Below are positions 1 through 10,800 of a stretch of 64,000 nucleotides of DNA, one piece after another. This DNA comes from Antechinus flavipes (taxonomy: Eukaryota). Every line of letters starts with the position of its first letter. Position 1 is the stretch's first letter. The stretch is from positions 196,478,001 through 196,542,000 of the forward strand of contig NC_067401.1 in the NCBI RefSeq assembly GCF_016432865.1, given 5' to 3'. The notes under the pieces are model-generated. The model searched no databases. It had not been told where the DNA came from and saw only the letters and a list, made by a program, of their open reading frames with translations. A program made the translations under genes and the position numbers.

Positions 1-619
1 TTCTTTTGTAGACTACTCTCCTCTCTTGGGGTCCAATTATCCTGAAGGTAACTCCCATCTCTATGTCTGTCTTTTGATCTATCTCTCATTCTCTTGGTTG
101 GTGGCACGGAGACTAAAGAAATATTCCTATCATTGTGCCACTCACCCAGGAATAGGGTTTGTAGCAGAGGTCGCCCTCTGAGAACCTGAAACTGATTCCC
201 ATCATCCAAGCAGATACTACAGAATTTAGGAGTTCCCAGGACATTTGACAAGGATTTTCTTTGAGGGAGGAGAGAAAATATAGAATTTCCTTTTAATGTT
301 GTTGGGTTTTTTTAGAGAAGATCTAGAATATTAAATTATGTCATCAATACGGGTGCTTTGGCAGTTTGGGAAGTGTGTGTGTGTAAAGTCCCCACTCCTC
401 TTCGAAACATGTGAGAAGTCTGTGCTTGTTGGGTCATTTCAGTCTCGTCGGGGTTTTTGTGACCTCATTTTCTTGGCTAAGATCTTGGCGTGCTTTGCCA
501 TTTCCTCCTCCCACTCATTTTTAGAGTTGAGGAATTGAGGCATTTAAGTGACAAGTCCAAGGACCCAAAGCTGGTGTCTGAGGCCGTGTTTATTCACTAC
601 GCCCCCCTAACGCCTTATG

Positions 620-1110
620 AAGTAATCTATCTCTTCTCAAGTAAGGTGGGGGAGAACCCCCCTCCGAAGTAGGCGGGGCTCTACACACCCCGTCCCGTAA
701 TGAGGTGACTCTGGGCGCGGTCCCACACTGGGGATCCACAGAGGTCAGACTCAAACTACGGAGTTTCCCTTGGATTCCCGCTTAAGGGAACACGTCGGGG
801 AGGGAGTGGGAGGGAGAGGGGGGTTCTTCCCTACTCTCCTACGGGTCGCCACATTAAGGTCCGTCAGGAAAAGCTCCGTTCGACTGAGACTCTTCCTAGC
901 CCCGCAGTCCCCTACGGTTTCCAGTTCTAATCGCCCTTGGGCGGCTGCGACTAGCCAATCCCGGGGCTGCTCTGGTTCGTCTGCAGCTCCCGCCCCCAGC
1001 GGATGTTTTTCCAACTACATTTCTTGTTTTCCAGCTCCTCTCCTTTACCCCGGTCTGCGATTGCGCGTGCGCCAACGGGTCCAGGGTGGGGCTGTTGGGG
1101 TTGTGGTGAC
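620..1110. promoter_or_regulatory. CpG-rich promoter-like segment, not assigned to a gene
   Basis: Locally high CpG density in an otherwise CpG-poor window. CCAAT at 955-959 and a GC box (CCCGCCCC) near 988-995. No recognisable coding exon follows. Confidence 0.4.
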
Positions 1111-2359
1111 CTTGCATCCTCCTATATAGAGCTGTTGAGTTTTTTGCTTGTGGTATGTAAGAGTCCCAGGCTGGAGAGAGGATCTGGTAGAGGTGCTTTT
1201 CTCAGAGTTTCCGATCGCCGTGGAATTCTTGCTTTGGCTGGCTGTTACTCAGCCTCAGTGGCCCTCAGTTTCCTCATCTGTAAAAGGTAAAGTGTTGCTT
1301 TTCCTGGAGGCTGAGAGAGGGACCCTTTATAAACAGCAATATCAGGATCTTGGGGAATAGCTGTGTAACATTTGCCAATGACTGAAGCGTGTAAATGGTA
1401 ACGCTGAAAGTTTAACAATCGGTTCCCCCAAACGGGTACTAGTTGACTTCAGCACATCCCTGGCTACACTCCTCACCAATGTGCAGTTTTACTATAATAA
1501 TTTCATCTACTCATTCATCGAACTTCATCCTTTTGTTTTGCAAAAGTTGGATTGAATCCCCAGATTTTCCTGTCCTCACTGCGAGGGCTTGAGTCAGTAA
1601 CTGATGGATGCACTGAGTTGACTTCCAGATATTGACAATGAAATAGAGAAAATTATGGCATAATAATTGAAAGTAGAAGGACCAAGAAAAGGAGGGCTTT
1701 TTTTGTTGTTGTTGTTATCGTTTTTGTTTTTAGAATAAGACATAAAATATTTGTACAATGCCCTTAGCACACAGTTCCTGGCACAGAGCTGACACTACAT
1801 AAATGCCTATTCCCTTCCCTTTTCCCCTCACATCCCTAAAATGCTGAGATCTCTTCCTATTTCCTATTTTGATGATGCTCTCATCCAAATGAGAACATTG
1901 TATTTGGTAGGACTCTAGATCTTGTAGATAACAAACCACTAAGTCCTGAGCTATGAAAAGAAACGTGAATGTTCTGTTTTGTTGTTGTTGTTTTCCCTGC
2001 CACCTCATCTGGTGACCAGCAGTCAGCAAACTACAGAGAAGGGCTAGACCTAGCCCTCTGTGCTCTATTTAAAATGTTTAAAAAATCATTCTTAGATAAA
2101 CAGACTGCTAAAATTTGACCCATGGGCTATAGTCTATGGAATTAGTTAATCACTGTGATCTGGTTTCCTATATAAAAGGGGAAAGTTAGTGATTGATCAT
2201 TAGTGGTAGTACCCTCTGGTACTGGAATGTTGCTATACAAATCATTAATTAACCGGCAAATGTATATTAGTGCCTACTATGTGACAATCTCCATGCCATA
2301 TGCTGGAGATGCAGAGACAAAATAGCCTTTGTCTTTAAGGAACGGACAACATATACACA

Positions 2360-3010
2360 TGCCATATATAATATACATATACATTTTGCCTATATACAAC
2401 ACACCCGTGCAGCATACATAATGTATGTGTGCATACATGCACCTTGCATGTATGCACACATACACAAAACAATAGGCACCTATATACATATGATGTGTGC
2501 TGTATTTATGTATACACATATTTTGCACATGTACATACATGGTAGGAGTGTTACTGCTGCTGCTACTATTGCTGAGTCGTTTCAGATCTGGCTGATTCCT
2601 TGTGATCCTATTTGGGGTTTTCTTGGCATAGATACTGGAGTACTTTGCCATTTCCTTCTTCAGTTAATTTTACAGATAAGGAAACTGAGGCAAATAGGGT
2701 GTAAGTGACTTGCTCAAGGTCACACAACTAGTAAGTCTGAGGCCAGATTTGAATTCAAAAAGAAGAGTCTTCCTGACTCACAAGTATACATGCAAATATA
2801 CATATACATTAGGTAGATATGTTTGTATATATGTATGTGTATATGTGTATAAATACACACACACACAGTCTGATGATCTTCAAAGTGATAGTACCTTGTC
2901 TCTATTCTGAAACAACTTTGGATACATTTTTTGTGTATATACATATTTGCTGCATGTGTGTACATATATATGCACATATACACAATATATGCACAGGTAT
3001 GTGTATATAG
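2360..3010. repeat. Degenerate (AT/AC/GT)n low-complexity tract with an embedded SINE
   Basis: Runs of tatatacacat/gtgtatatat. SINE-like sequence at about 2540-2780. The overlapping ORFs are Y/M/C/H/I/V-rich artefacts. Confidence 0.8.
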
Positions 3011-3908
3011 TAAGGACTATCTGTCTCTTATGATATAATAACTGTGAAAAAGCTAATAGGACTATGGCAATTTATTAGCTATTTGAAGTTAGGGAAAGTG
3101 AAGAATTAAGAATGATTCTAAGTTGCAAACCTAGTGACTAAAAGAATAGTAGTAACTCTGACACAGATAGAGAAGCTTGGTATGTACTTTCCCCTTCTAT
3201 GGTGATGCAAAATTGGAGCTCTTGTAAGAGTCTAGGAGTTTTATGGGAGCTCCATGGGAGTTGATAAAGTTACCAGCAGAGAGAGTGTAGAGAGAGAAGA
3301 GAAGGCCCAGGGGATAGCTTTGTCATACATCCACAAAGAGAGCATGAGCTAATCCTCAATACATAAATGATCCAAGAATATGGCAACCAGTGAGGGAATT
3401 GATATGAGAAAAAACACCCCAAATCACTAATACTAGTAAAAATGTAAATTTAAACAACTTTGAAGTTTCACTTCCTAGTCATCATATTGGCAAAGAAGAC
3501 AAAAGTAGGAAATTATCAAAATTTGAGGAGTTGTAGACAAAACAAGCACACCAATGTCCATTGGTGGAGCTAGAAATCAGTTTAATTTCTGGAAACCAAT
3601 TTGGCATTATACTAGAAAAATCAGAAAATTATATAAAACTTTTTGATCTACCTATCAGTAGGCAGATAAACAAGCATTTATTAAAACTTTTATGCCAGAG
3701 ATTATGCTAAATATTGGGGTTTCAAACAGTAAAAGAAAAATGATGCTAGATAGATAATATTTATGAAAGCACTTTTCTGAGTGGAAAAAGTGCCAGTCTC
3801 AGGCAGTCTGGAGGTAGAAAGGTAGAAAGGTTGATGCTAGGATAGTCTTGATAGTAACTCTTTAGGTCAAGCAGGGGCCATTGTCCTTAGCAAGAAGTAG
3901 AAAGCTCA

Positions 3909-4133
3909 NNNNNNNNNNNNNNNNNNNNNNNNNNNNNNNNNNNNNNNNNNNNNNNNNNNNNNNNNNNNNNNNNNNNNNNNNNNNNNNNNNNNNNNNNNNN
4001 NNNNNNNNNNNNNNNNNNNNNNNNNNNNNNNNNNNNNNNNNNNNNNNNNNNNNNNNNNNNNNNNNNNNNNNNNNNNNNNNNNNNNNNNNNNNNNNNNNNN
4101 NNNNNNNNNNNNNNNNNNNNNNNNNNNNNNNNN
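3909..4133. other. Assembly gap (225 N)
   Basis: Run of N. Confidence 1.
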
Positions 4134-4701
4134 TAAGGGATGTAGAAGACCCTTACCCAAAATGACTACTCAGAGATCATTCAGTAAAAAGCAGAAAAGT
4201 TGTTTATTGAAAACCTCGGATGGATGACACGTCCCATCACTAGAAAAGAAAGAGAAAGCTTGTGGTAGGAGGGCTAAAGAAGTAGTAAAGATACATAGCT
4301 TTTATACAAGAGATTACATCACAAGTAAGAGAGAATTGAGAATGGGGTGGGGAGTGAGGTGGGGGGAGGCATCTAATTGGTTGTTGCTATCCAGAGCGAT
4401 TGGAATGAAAGGCTTCTGTTTCCCTGAAATCTCCCGATTTCTAAGAAACAGAAAATCAGGCCTTCAGGCTTAATCAAGCAGATTCAGCTAATAGACTAAA
4501 TATCGATAAATGTCAAATACTGATAAATGTCATCAGCTAAGGTTAAGTAAATATGTTTATAGTTGGCCAAAGCTCAAGTAAATATGAGCCTGCACATATT
4601 ATACAGGTCATAGGGGAAACACAGAAATAATGAAAATAAAATAAAGAAAAAGAATTCATACATTCTTGTAAGTTCTTCACCTTATCTCTCTCTATTCCAT
4701 A
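4134..4701 (-). mobile_element. Solo LTR, copy 1, antisense to the class I gene and about 185 bp upstream of its ATG
   Basis: Aligns end to end with 40387-40944 (roughly 85-90% by eye). The minus strand has a TATA-like TATAAAAG and an AATAAA. The left terminus runs into the N gap. Confidence 0.8.
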
Positions 4702-4759
4702 TAAAAGGAAATAAGGAAGAAAAGAAGGGAGAGGAGAGGAGAGGAGAGATCAAAATGAC

Positions 4760-4810
4760 TTCAGTTTCAGTTTTGTTTTTATTTGGTTGCTTTCTCTAGC
4801 CATTGGGTGG
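4760..4810 (+). promoter_or_regulatory. Class I proximal promoter remnants: ISRE-like and Y-box-like motifs
   Basis: AGTTTCAGTTTT at 4763-4774 (ISRE consensus AGTTTCNNTTTY) and ATTGG at 4802-4806, in the order expected for class I promoters. No kappaB enhancer A is visible. Confidence 0.5.
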
Positions 4811-4886
4811 CAGGTCTACAACTTGTTAGGAACTGACTTGGTTATTTCCTGCTCACTACTCTAACATGGAGGTCTAGTTCTCTAAT

Positions 4887-7800
4887 ATGGAACCTTTGAA
4901 GCTCTCCTTTTTGTTGATGACTGTGGCGCTGCGGGAGATCAAGGCAGGTGAGTAAAGAATGTTGTTATCGTTCAGTCGTTGCAGTTGTGTCTGACTCTTC
5001 ATGACCCTATTTGGGTTTTTTGGGGGAAAAGATTCGGGAGTAGTTTGCCATTTCCTTCTCCAGCTCGTTTTACAGACGAATATGGTTAATAGTATTAAAC
5101 TGATGTTTGGTGACTGGGCAGATTGACCAGAGGCTGCTTCTTGTGGAAAAGGTTTTTTTCTCATTCCCATAACCCATAAAAATTTCCTAATCCTCAGGTT
5201 CGGTTTGTTCTAAGGGGGAGGGGGGACGGGGGGGGTGTGTGAAAGTGGGCGGAGAGTGAATTACTTAGTGGCTAAGTACCTAGCTGGTGTGTGTGTGTGT
5301 ATGTGTGTGTGTGTGTGTGCCTACATATGCTGTCTCTTAATTTGAGAATGTTTCGAACAAGTATTTGAAGTAGAGATGAAGGCTTGAGGAAGTTGGGGAC
5401 AAAGCTAGCTAGCAGAGTCGAGAAGGAGTCTGGTATGGAAAGGGGAATGGCAAGCCTACGAAGGAAAATCCCAAGAGATTGAGGGGCAGAGGTGGATGGG
5501 GGAAAGACTGGAGACAGGAGGACTGGGGGAAGGGTAGGATTAGGAGGATTGGGAAGAAGAGTACAGGAGAGGGATGAAAAAGATGGAATCATATTTGGGG
5601 GCTAAAAGAGGGGTTTACAGGAAACAGAAACTTTGGAACTCAGGGTACTTGTGAGTAGTTTTTAAAATTTAGATGCAGGGGCAGCTAGGGGGCGTAGTGG
5701 ATAGAGCACCAGTCCTGAAGTCAGGAGGATCTGAGTTCAAATCCAGTGTCAGGCACTTAACACTTCCTAGCTGTGTGAGCTTGGGCAAGTCACTTAACCT
5801 AATTGCCTCAGGGGAAAAAATCTGGACCATATAAGGGAGGAAGTAGGGTGTTCAAAAAAGGCAATGGCTTCAATCTGGTAGTGGGAGAAGTTTCAGGGGA
5901 GCCGAGAGAGATTGGATAGGGAAAGGTAGAAGAAATGAAGGAAAGAGGTGGGAGCGGTGGGGGCAGCTGCAAGGATTCTACGCTGGAATGAGTTTTTGGC
6001 CTTTGCTACTGCGGCCGGACCGGATCCCTGGGCCTGGGAGGACAATCATGGTCATTGTCTTTGTCCTTAGGAATTCACTCTCTGAGATACTTCCAAACTT
6101 CCATGTCTCAGCCCGGACTCACAAAGCCGAGGTTCATTTCCGTGGGCTATGTGGACGATGAGGCGTTCGTGCGCTTCGACAGCTACAGCGCAGGTCTGAG
6201 GGAGGAGCCTATGGTGATGTGGTTGGACAAGAGTAACCAGAATTACTGGGAGAGAAACTCACGTGTCATCCGGGAGACTGAGCTCACGTTCCAAGTGGGC
6301 CTGCAGAATCTGCAGAAGTATTACAATCAGAGCGAGGGAGGTGAGTGAGGCAGGGCGCGGGATCTCTGGTTATGGCCACCTTCAGACGGGGGAGATGGTG
6401 GGGCGGGTTGGAGATGGATCGCGAGGGGCATGCACACTCCTGAAGGCCACCTCTCAAATCAACCTCTTGGGAGTTGGGAGAGGATTGGGCCCGATTGCGT
6501 GTGTAAGCCGGACTGACAAATATTCTGGGTCTGGCCCAAAGTTCACACATATCAGCGCCTGGTCGGCTGCGAAGTGACTTACGACGGGATGTTCAAGAGG
6601 GGGTTTGAGCAATTCGCCTACAATGGGCACGACTATATATCTCTGGATCCGACAACTCTGAGTTGGACCGCGGCAGAGCCCATGGCTGTTAACTCCAAGC
6701 TCAAGTGGGAGGCGGAGCGCAGCATCGCCCAGAGACAGAAAGCGTATCTGGAGGATAAGTGCGTTTACTGGCTGCTCAAGTACCTGGAGTACGGGAAGGA
6801 GAAACTGCTCCGGGCAGGTACAGCTTGTTTGGGTTCTGGCTAAGCCTATCCTCTACCTCTTACATCCCCTAGAGATGGAGGGGGGGGGAGGTTGGAGCCT
6901 GAATTCTTCTTGAAGGCCTCTTGTAGGAGGGATGGAGATTGGGATGAATCATAGAGTGCGTGAGCCCGATGTTTGCTTGCCCCACGAGTCTGTGAGAACT
7001 TTAACTCTATTCTTTAGGTCATTCTATGGGACTTGGAATCTGTAGAATTGAAGAAGTTGGAGATGAAAGCCGTATCTATAGAAATAATAAATCACTCCAG
7101 CCTCAATTTAGATTGTTTGAGGCTTGGCTTAGGGTGCAAGGAAGAAGTTCCAGAAGAACTGCTGCCTCAGGGAGAGAAATAATTTCCCGACAAGGAAGAA
7201 TTTGGCCCCTTCATTACAATTTCAATCTAGGTTGAGGTGGACAGCCCAACTTGACTTCAGCTCTTATCCTGTATGTCTCTGTCTCATTATTTCTCTTCTC
7301 TCCCTCCCCCTAAAATTTCTGAATCAGGAATTCTACACCTTCTTGGTCCCAACTTGTATATAAACAAAGGAGGCGTGGAATCAGGCATCCCTCTCTCTGA
7401 AATGGGACCAACTACAATTTTTTATTTCCCTCACAGCTTCAGGAGCTTTGTGTTCTTCTTCAAATGTACAGTATAATTTTTGTTATCCTATAGTAGATCC
7501 TAGCCTTTGAAGAAGGGTGTCCTTGTAACCTTTCCTCTAATCTTTCTTCTGTAGCTCCTCCCTCTGTTCGAATTACCCATCATACCCATCCTGATGGTAA
7601 GGTGACCCTGCAGTGCCGGGCCCAGGACTTTTACCCCGCGGAGATCTCTCTGACCTGGCTGAGAGATGGGGAAGAACAGCACCAGGACACAGAGTTCATC
7701 GAGACCAGGCCTGCTGGAGATGGGACCTTCCAGAAGTGGGCAGCTGTGGGGGTGACCTCGGGCCAGGAAGGGAGATATACCTGCCAAGTTCTGCACAAGG

Positions 7801-9104
7801 GGCTGCCTGAGCCCCTCACCCTGAAATGGGGTAAGGACTGTGAGGAGGGGCTGGGGGGTGGCCATTCCCACCTCCCAGAAGGAGCAGAGGGAGGGGGAAC
7901 TGCAGGGGGAGTTAGGGAAGGGTCAGTGAATCTCAGGCCAGAGAGGGATCCCGGCCTTTCAGCTCCCTTTTCCATTTCAGAGCCAGAGTCCTCATCGCCC
8001 TGGATCATTGTGGGGGTCCTTGCTGTTGTCGTCCTCCTCATTTCGATCATTGCTGGTTTTATAATCTGGAGGAGGAAGAAGACTTCAAGTGTGCAGGACT
8101 GGAAGGGGGTCATTAGGCGCAGGCACTATGGAGATTCAGGTTTCCCTGACCTCTCATCTTGTCTTTCTCTCCCCAAGTTCTCTATTTCCTATCTAAGGGA
8201 CTGTTAGCTATATGCTAAGACTCTAGATAAATAGACCTGTAAAGATCCCTTGTAGTGCTATAATAATATTACTGCTAAATATAAATATATTATATTATAT
8301 ACAATTTGTTTATATATATAAATATAAAATATATGGCTGGCTGAGTGGGGAAACCTCTTCAGAATCAGATAAGAAATGAACAGGGGGATTTCTGCTAAAG
8401 AAACTGGGTGTCTCCCCATTCAGGGTTGTAAATCAGAATAGGATATTGTTGATACAGGCCTGAAGGTTGGAAAGTGTCCCATTTGTAGTGCCTTTTTTCT
8501 CTCTTCCTCTTGACTCTAGATATTGGCTTGAAGTGGGGTGGGGTGGAGGAGCAGTGTCAATTGTAATTTGTTGTGTCTACAAGACAAATCACAGAACTTC
8601 TGAAACTTTCTAGAGATTCTCCTTGACTTCCCCATGGAAATTTTTTTCTTTTCCAAGTGGAAAAGGAGGGGACTATGTTCATACCGCTGGTAAGTGAAGG
8701 CTTGACATTTGATGGTAGAAAAAGGGGCCAGTCCATAATATCTTTGGGATATGAGAAATGAGAAGTTAGAAGCTTTCTTAGTAGTCATTCCTCAGTGTCC
8801 CTTTGCCTTCATATCCCCTGGTTCTAGAATATATGTCCCTGAGTGGGTTGTTTCTCTCTTTTGTCTTCAGGCAATGACAGTGCACAGGTGTCAGATGAGT
8901 CAGATATCTTTTTCACAGCCAAAGGTAAAACTCTGGGGCTGGTGTAAAGGGGAAAAATAAAAAGAAAGATATGTGAGTGGTTGGGGTGAGGATGCTTGTT
9001 TCCTCCAATGGGTGGTGAGGCAGCCTTTTCGGGATGAGGAGAGATTTGAGGCCAGAGATGACTTTGAGTATCTCCCTTAATCTGTCTGTCTTTCTTTAGC
9101 CTGA
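4887..9104 (+). CDS. MHC class I heavy chain (alpha chain), probably a non-classical marsupial UK-like locus
   Basis: Exons: leader 4887-4947 ([20 protein letters not shown]), alpha1 6071-6340, alpha2 6542-6817, alpha3 7555-7830, TM 7981-8088, exon 6 8657-8689 (acceptor is AA, not AG), exon 7 8871-8924, exon 8 9100-9104 (stop TGA). Exon sizes 270/276/276 and phase-1 junctions are canonical. Both Cys pairs, the N86 glycan site (NQS), Y7, Y59, Y84, Y123, K146, W147, Y159, W167 and Y171 are present; T143 is S. Length is 349 aa without exon 6. The UK assignment is recollection, not a database match. Confidence 0.95.
5287..5319. repeat. (GT)n microsatellite in class I intron 1
   Basis: About 16 GT units with one AT interruption. 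Confidence 0.95.
5678..5820 (+). mobile_element. tRNA-derived marsupial SINE (WSINE1-like) in class I intron 1
   Basis: GGGGCAGCTAGG start, A-box and B-box-like motifs (GTGGATAGAGC, GAGTTCAAATCC) and an A-rich end. A related copy is at 57859-58020 (-). Confidence 0.8.
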
Positions 9105-9399
9105 GAGAATTGCCATGTGTGGACCTGAGAAAGAAAACAAGGATATTCAAGTCTCTAATTCCTGTCTTGTTCCTGTGTTCTTTGACTTCTCTTCCCAGCA
9201 TTAGCTTTTGAGATCATCACTGAACTCTACTGGTTAAACCCCAGGGAAGCATCTATAATGCCCTCATCCTATTATCTATCTATTATTATCCTGTCTCACT
9301 TTGCAGAGGCCAGAGGGCTTTGTAAATGACCCCTCCTTAACATTTGATGTTTCACTGAACTCTGATATTTTTCTTCTTGCAAAAATTGGTATAATGAAT

Positions 9400-9525
9400 A
9401 CATTCTTTCTTCAGCTTGAGAAAACTTGGTTATGGACAACTGAGAAAAAACTAAAAATATATAAACCTTTAATTCCTGTCTTATTTGAGTTGACCCCTGG
9501 CTTTTCTTCCCAGCATTGGCTCAGG
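9400..9525 (+). repeat. Diverged tandem duplicate of class I terminal exon 8 and proximal 3'UTR
   Basis: ttcttcag|CTTGAG...TAATTCCTGTCTT...TCTTCCCAGCATTGGCT mirrors ttctttag|CCTGAG...TAATTCCTGTCTT...TCTTCCCAGCATTAGCT at about 9090-9205. It keeps an AG acceptor (9413-9414) and an in-phase TGA (9417-9419). Confidence 0.7.
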
Positions 9526-9529
9526 CTGG

Positions 9530-9637
9530 CACTTGAAGTCTTATTCCTCCAGATTATAAGACCAGCAATGACCGAAGTGAGGAGAAGGACAGCAGCAAGG
9601 AACCCCACAATGATCCAGGGGGATGAGGATTCTGGTT
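9530..9637 (-). repeat. Inverted copy of class I exon 5 (transmembrane exon)
   Basis: The reverse complement aligns to 7981-8091 with 11 substitutions and one 3-nt gap (about 90%). It translates as [35 protein letters not shown]. Confidence 0.95.
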
Positions 9638-9738
9638 CTAAAAGCTTTAATTAAAAAAAAAAAAACATGAAGGAGGAGAAAGAACTGAGACAGAAAAAAT
9701 GAGGGGGGGAAAATATATAGGAATTAACTCAAACTAGT

Positions 9739-10800
9739 ATGAATTCAAGCCATTCTCCAATTGATAAGTGGTCAAAGGATATGAACAGACAATTTTCAGA
9801 TGAAGAAATTGAAACGATTTCTAGTCATATGAAAAGATCTTCTAAATCACTATTGATCAGAGAAATGCAAATTAAGACAACTCTGAGGCATACAGCTCTC
9901 ATATTGGCTAAAAGGAGGGAAAAGATGATGATGAGTGTTGAAGGGAATGTGGGAAGACTGGGACACTAATACATTGTTGGTGGAACCATGATTGGATCCA
10001 ACCATTCTGGAGAGCAATCTGGAATTATGCCCCAAAAGTTATCAAACTGTGCATATCCTTTGATCCAGCAGTGCTACTACTGGGCTTAAATCCCAAAGAG
10101 ATCTTTAAGGAGAGAAAGGGACCCATATGTGCAAAAATGTTTGTGGCAGCCCTCTTTGTAGTGGCCAGAAACTGGAAACTGAATGGATGCCCATCAATTG
10201 GAGAATGGCTGAATAAGTTGTGGTATATGATTGTTATGGAATATTATTGTACTATGAGAAATAACCAACAGGATGATTTCGGAAAGGCCTAGATTGATAT
10301 TGGACAGTTCATTAAATGAACTGATGTTAAGTGAAATGAGCAGAACCAGGAGATCATTATATACGGCAACAACAAGATTATATGATGATTAATTCTTTTT
10401 AAAAAAAATTTTAAATTATAACTTTTTATTGACAGAACCCATGCCTGGGTAATTTTTTACAACATTATCCCTTGCACTCACTTCTGTTCCGACTTTTCCC
10501 GTCCCTCCCTCCACCCCCTCCCCTAAATGGCAGGAAGTCTTATACATGTTAAATATGTCATAGTATATATGATGATTAATTCTGATGGACATGACTCTCT
10601 TGAACAATGAGATGATTCAAACCAGTTCCAATTGTTCAGTTATGAAGAGAGCCATCTACACCCAGAGAGAGAACTGTGGGAACTGAGTGTGGGTGGTCCA
10701 CAACATAGCATTTTCACTCTTTTTGTTGTTGTTTGCTTGCATTGTATTTTGCTTCTCCTTTTTTTTTTTTTTAAACTGGTTTGATTCGATTTTTCTTGTG
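9739..10800 (+). mobile_element. 5'-truncated LINE-1 (ORF2 C-terminus and 3'UTR)
   Basis: Translations IDKWSKDMNRQFS...SLLIREMQIKTTLR and CAKMFVAALFVVARNWK...CPSIGEWLNKLW match the L1 ORF2 C-terminal domain. Confidence 0.9.
10397..10565 (-). mobile_element. Short younger L1 3' fragment nested in the older L1
   Basis: T-rich start on the + strand. An 18-bp target-site duplication TATATGATGATTAATTCT is at 10379-10396 and 10566-10583. Same family as the copy starting near 12552. Confidence 0.8.

Noticed and set aside
2277-3010. Several 63-124 aa ORFs on both strands
   Set aside because: They are translations of a dinucleotide low-complexity tract with no protein-like composition.
3881-4165. 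ORFs made mostly of X (also 41054-41614)
   Set aside because: They span assembly N gaps and are artefacts.
5583-5655. Alternative class I leader starting MESYL
   Set aside because: It continues [13 protein letters not shown], which is basic and not a signal peptide. The exon at 4887-4947 has a hydrophobic core, correct phase and a GTGAGT donor.
7631-8113. 160-aa minus-strand ORF over class I exons 4-5
   Set aside because: It is the antisense shadow of GC-rich coding sequence, with no independent support.
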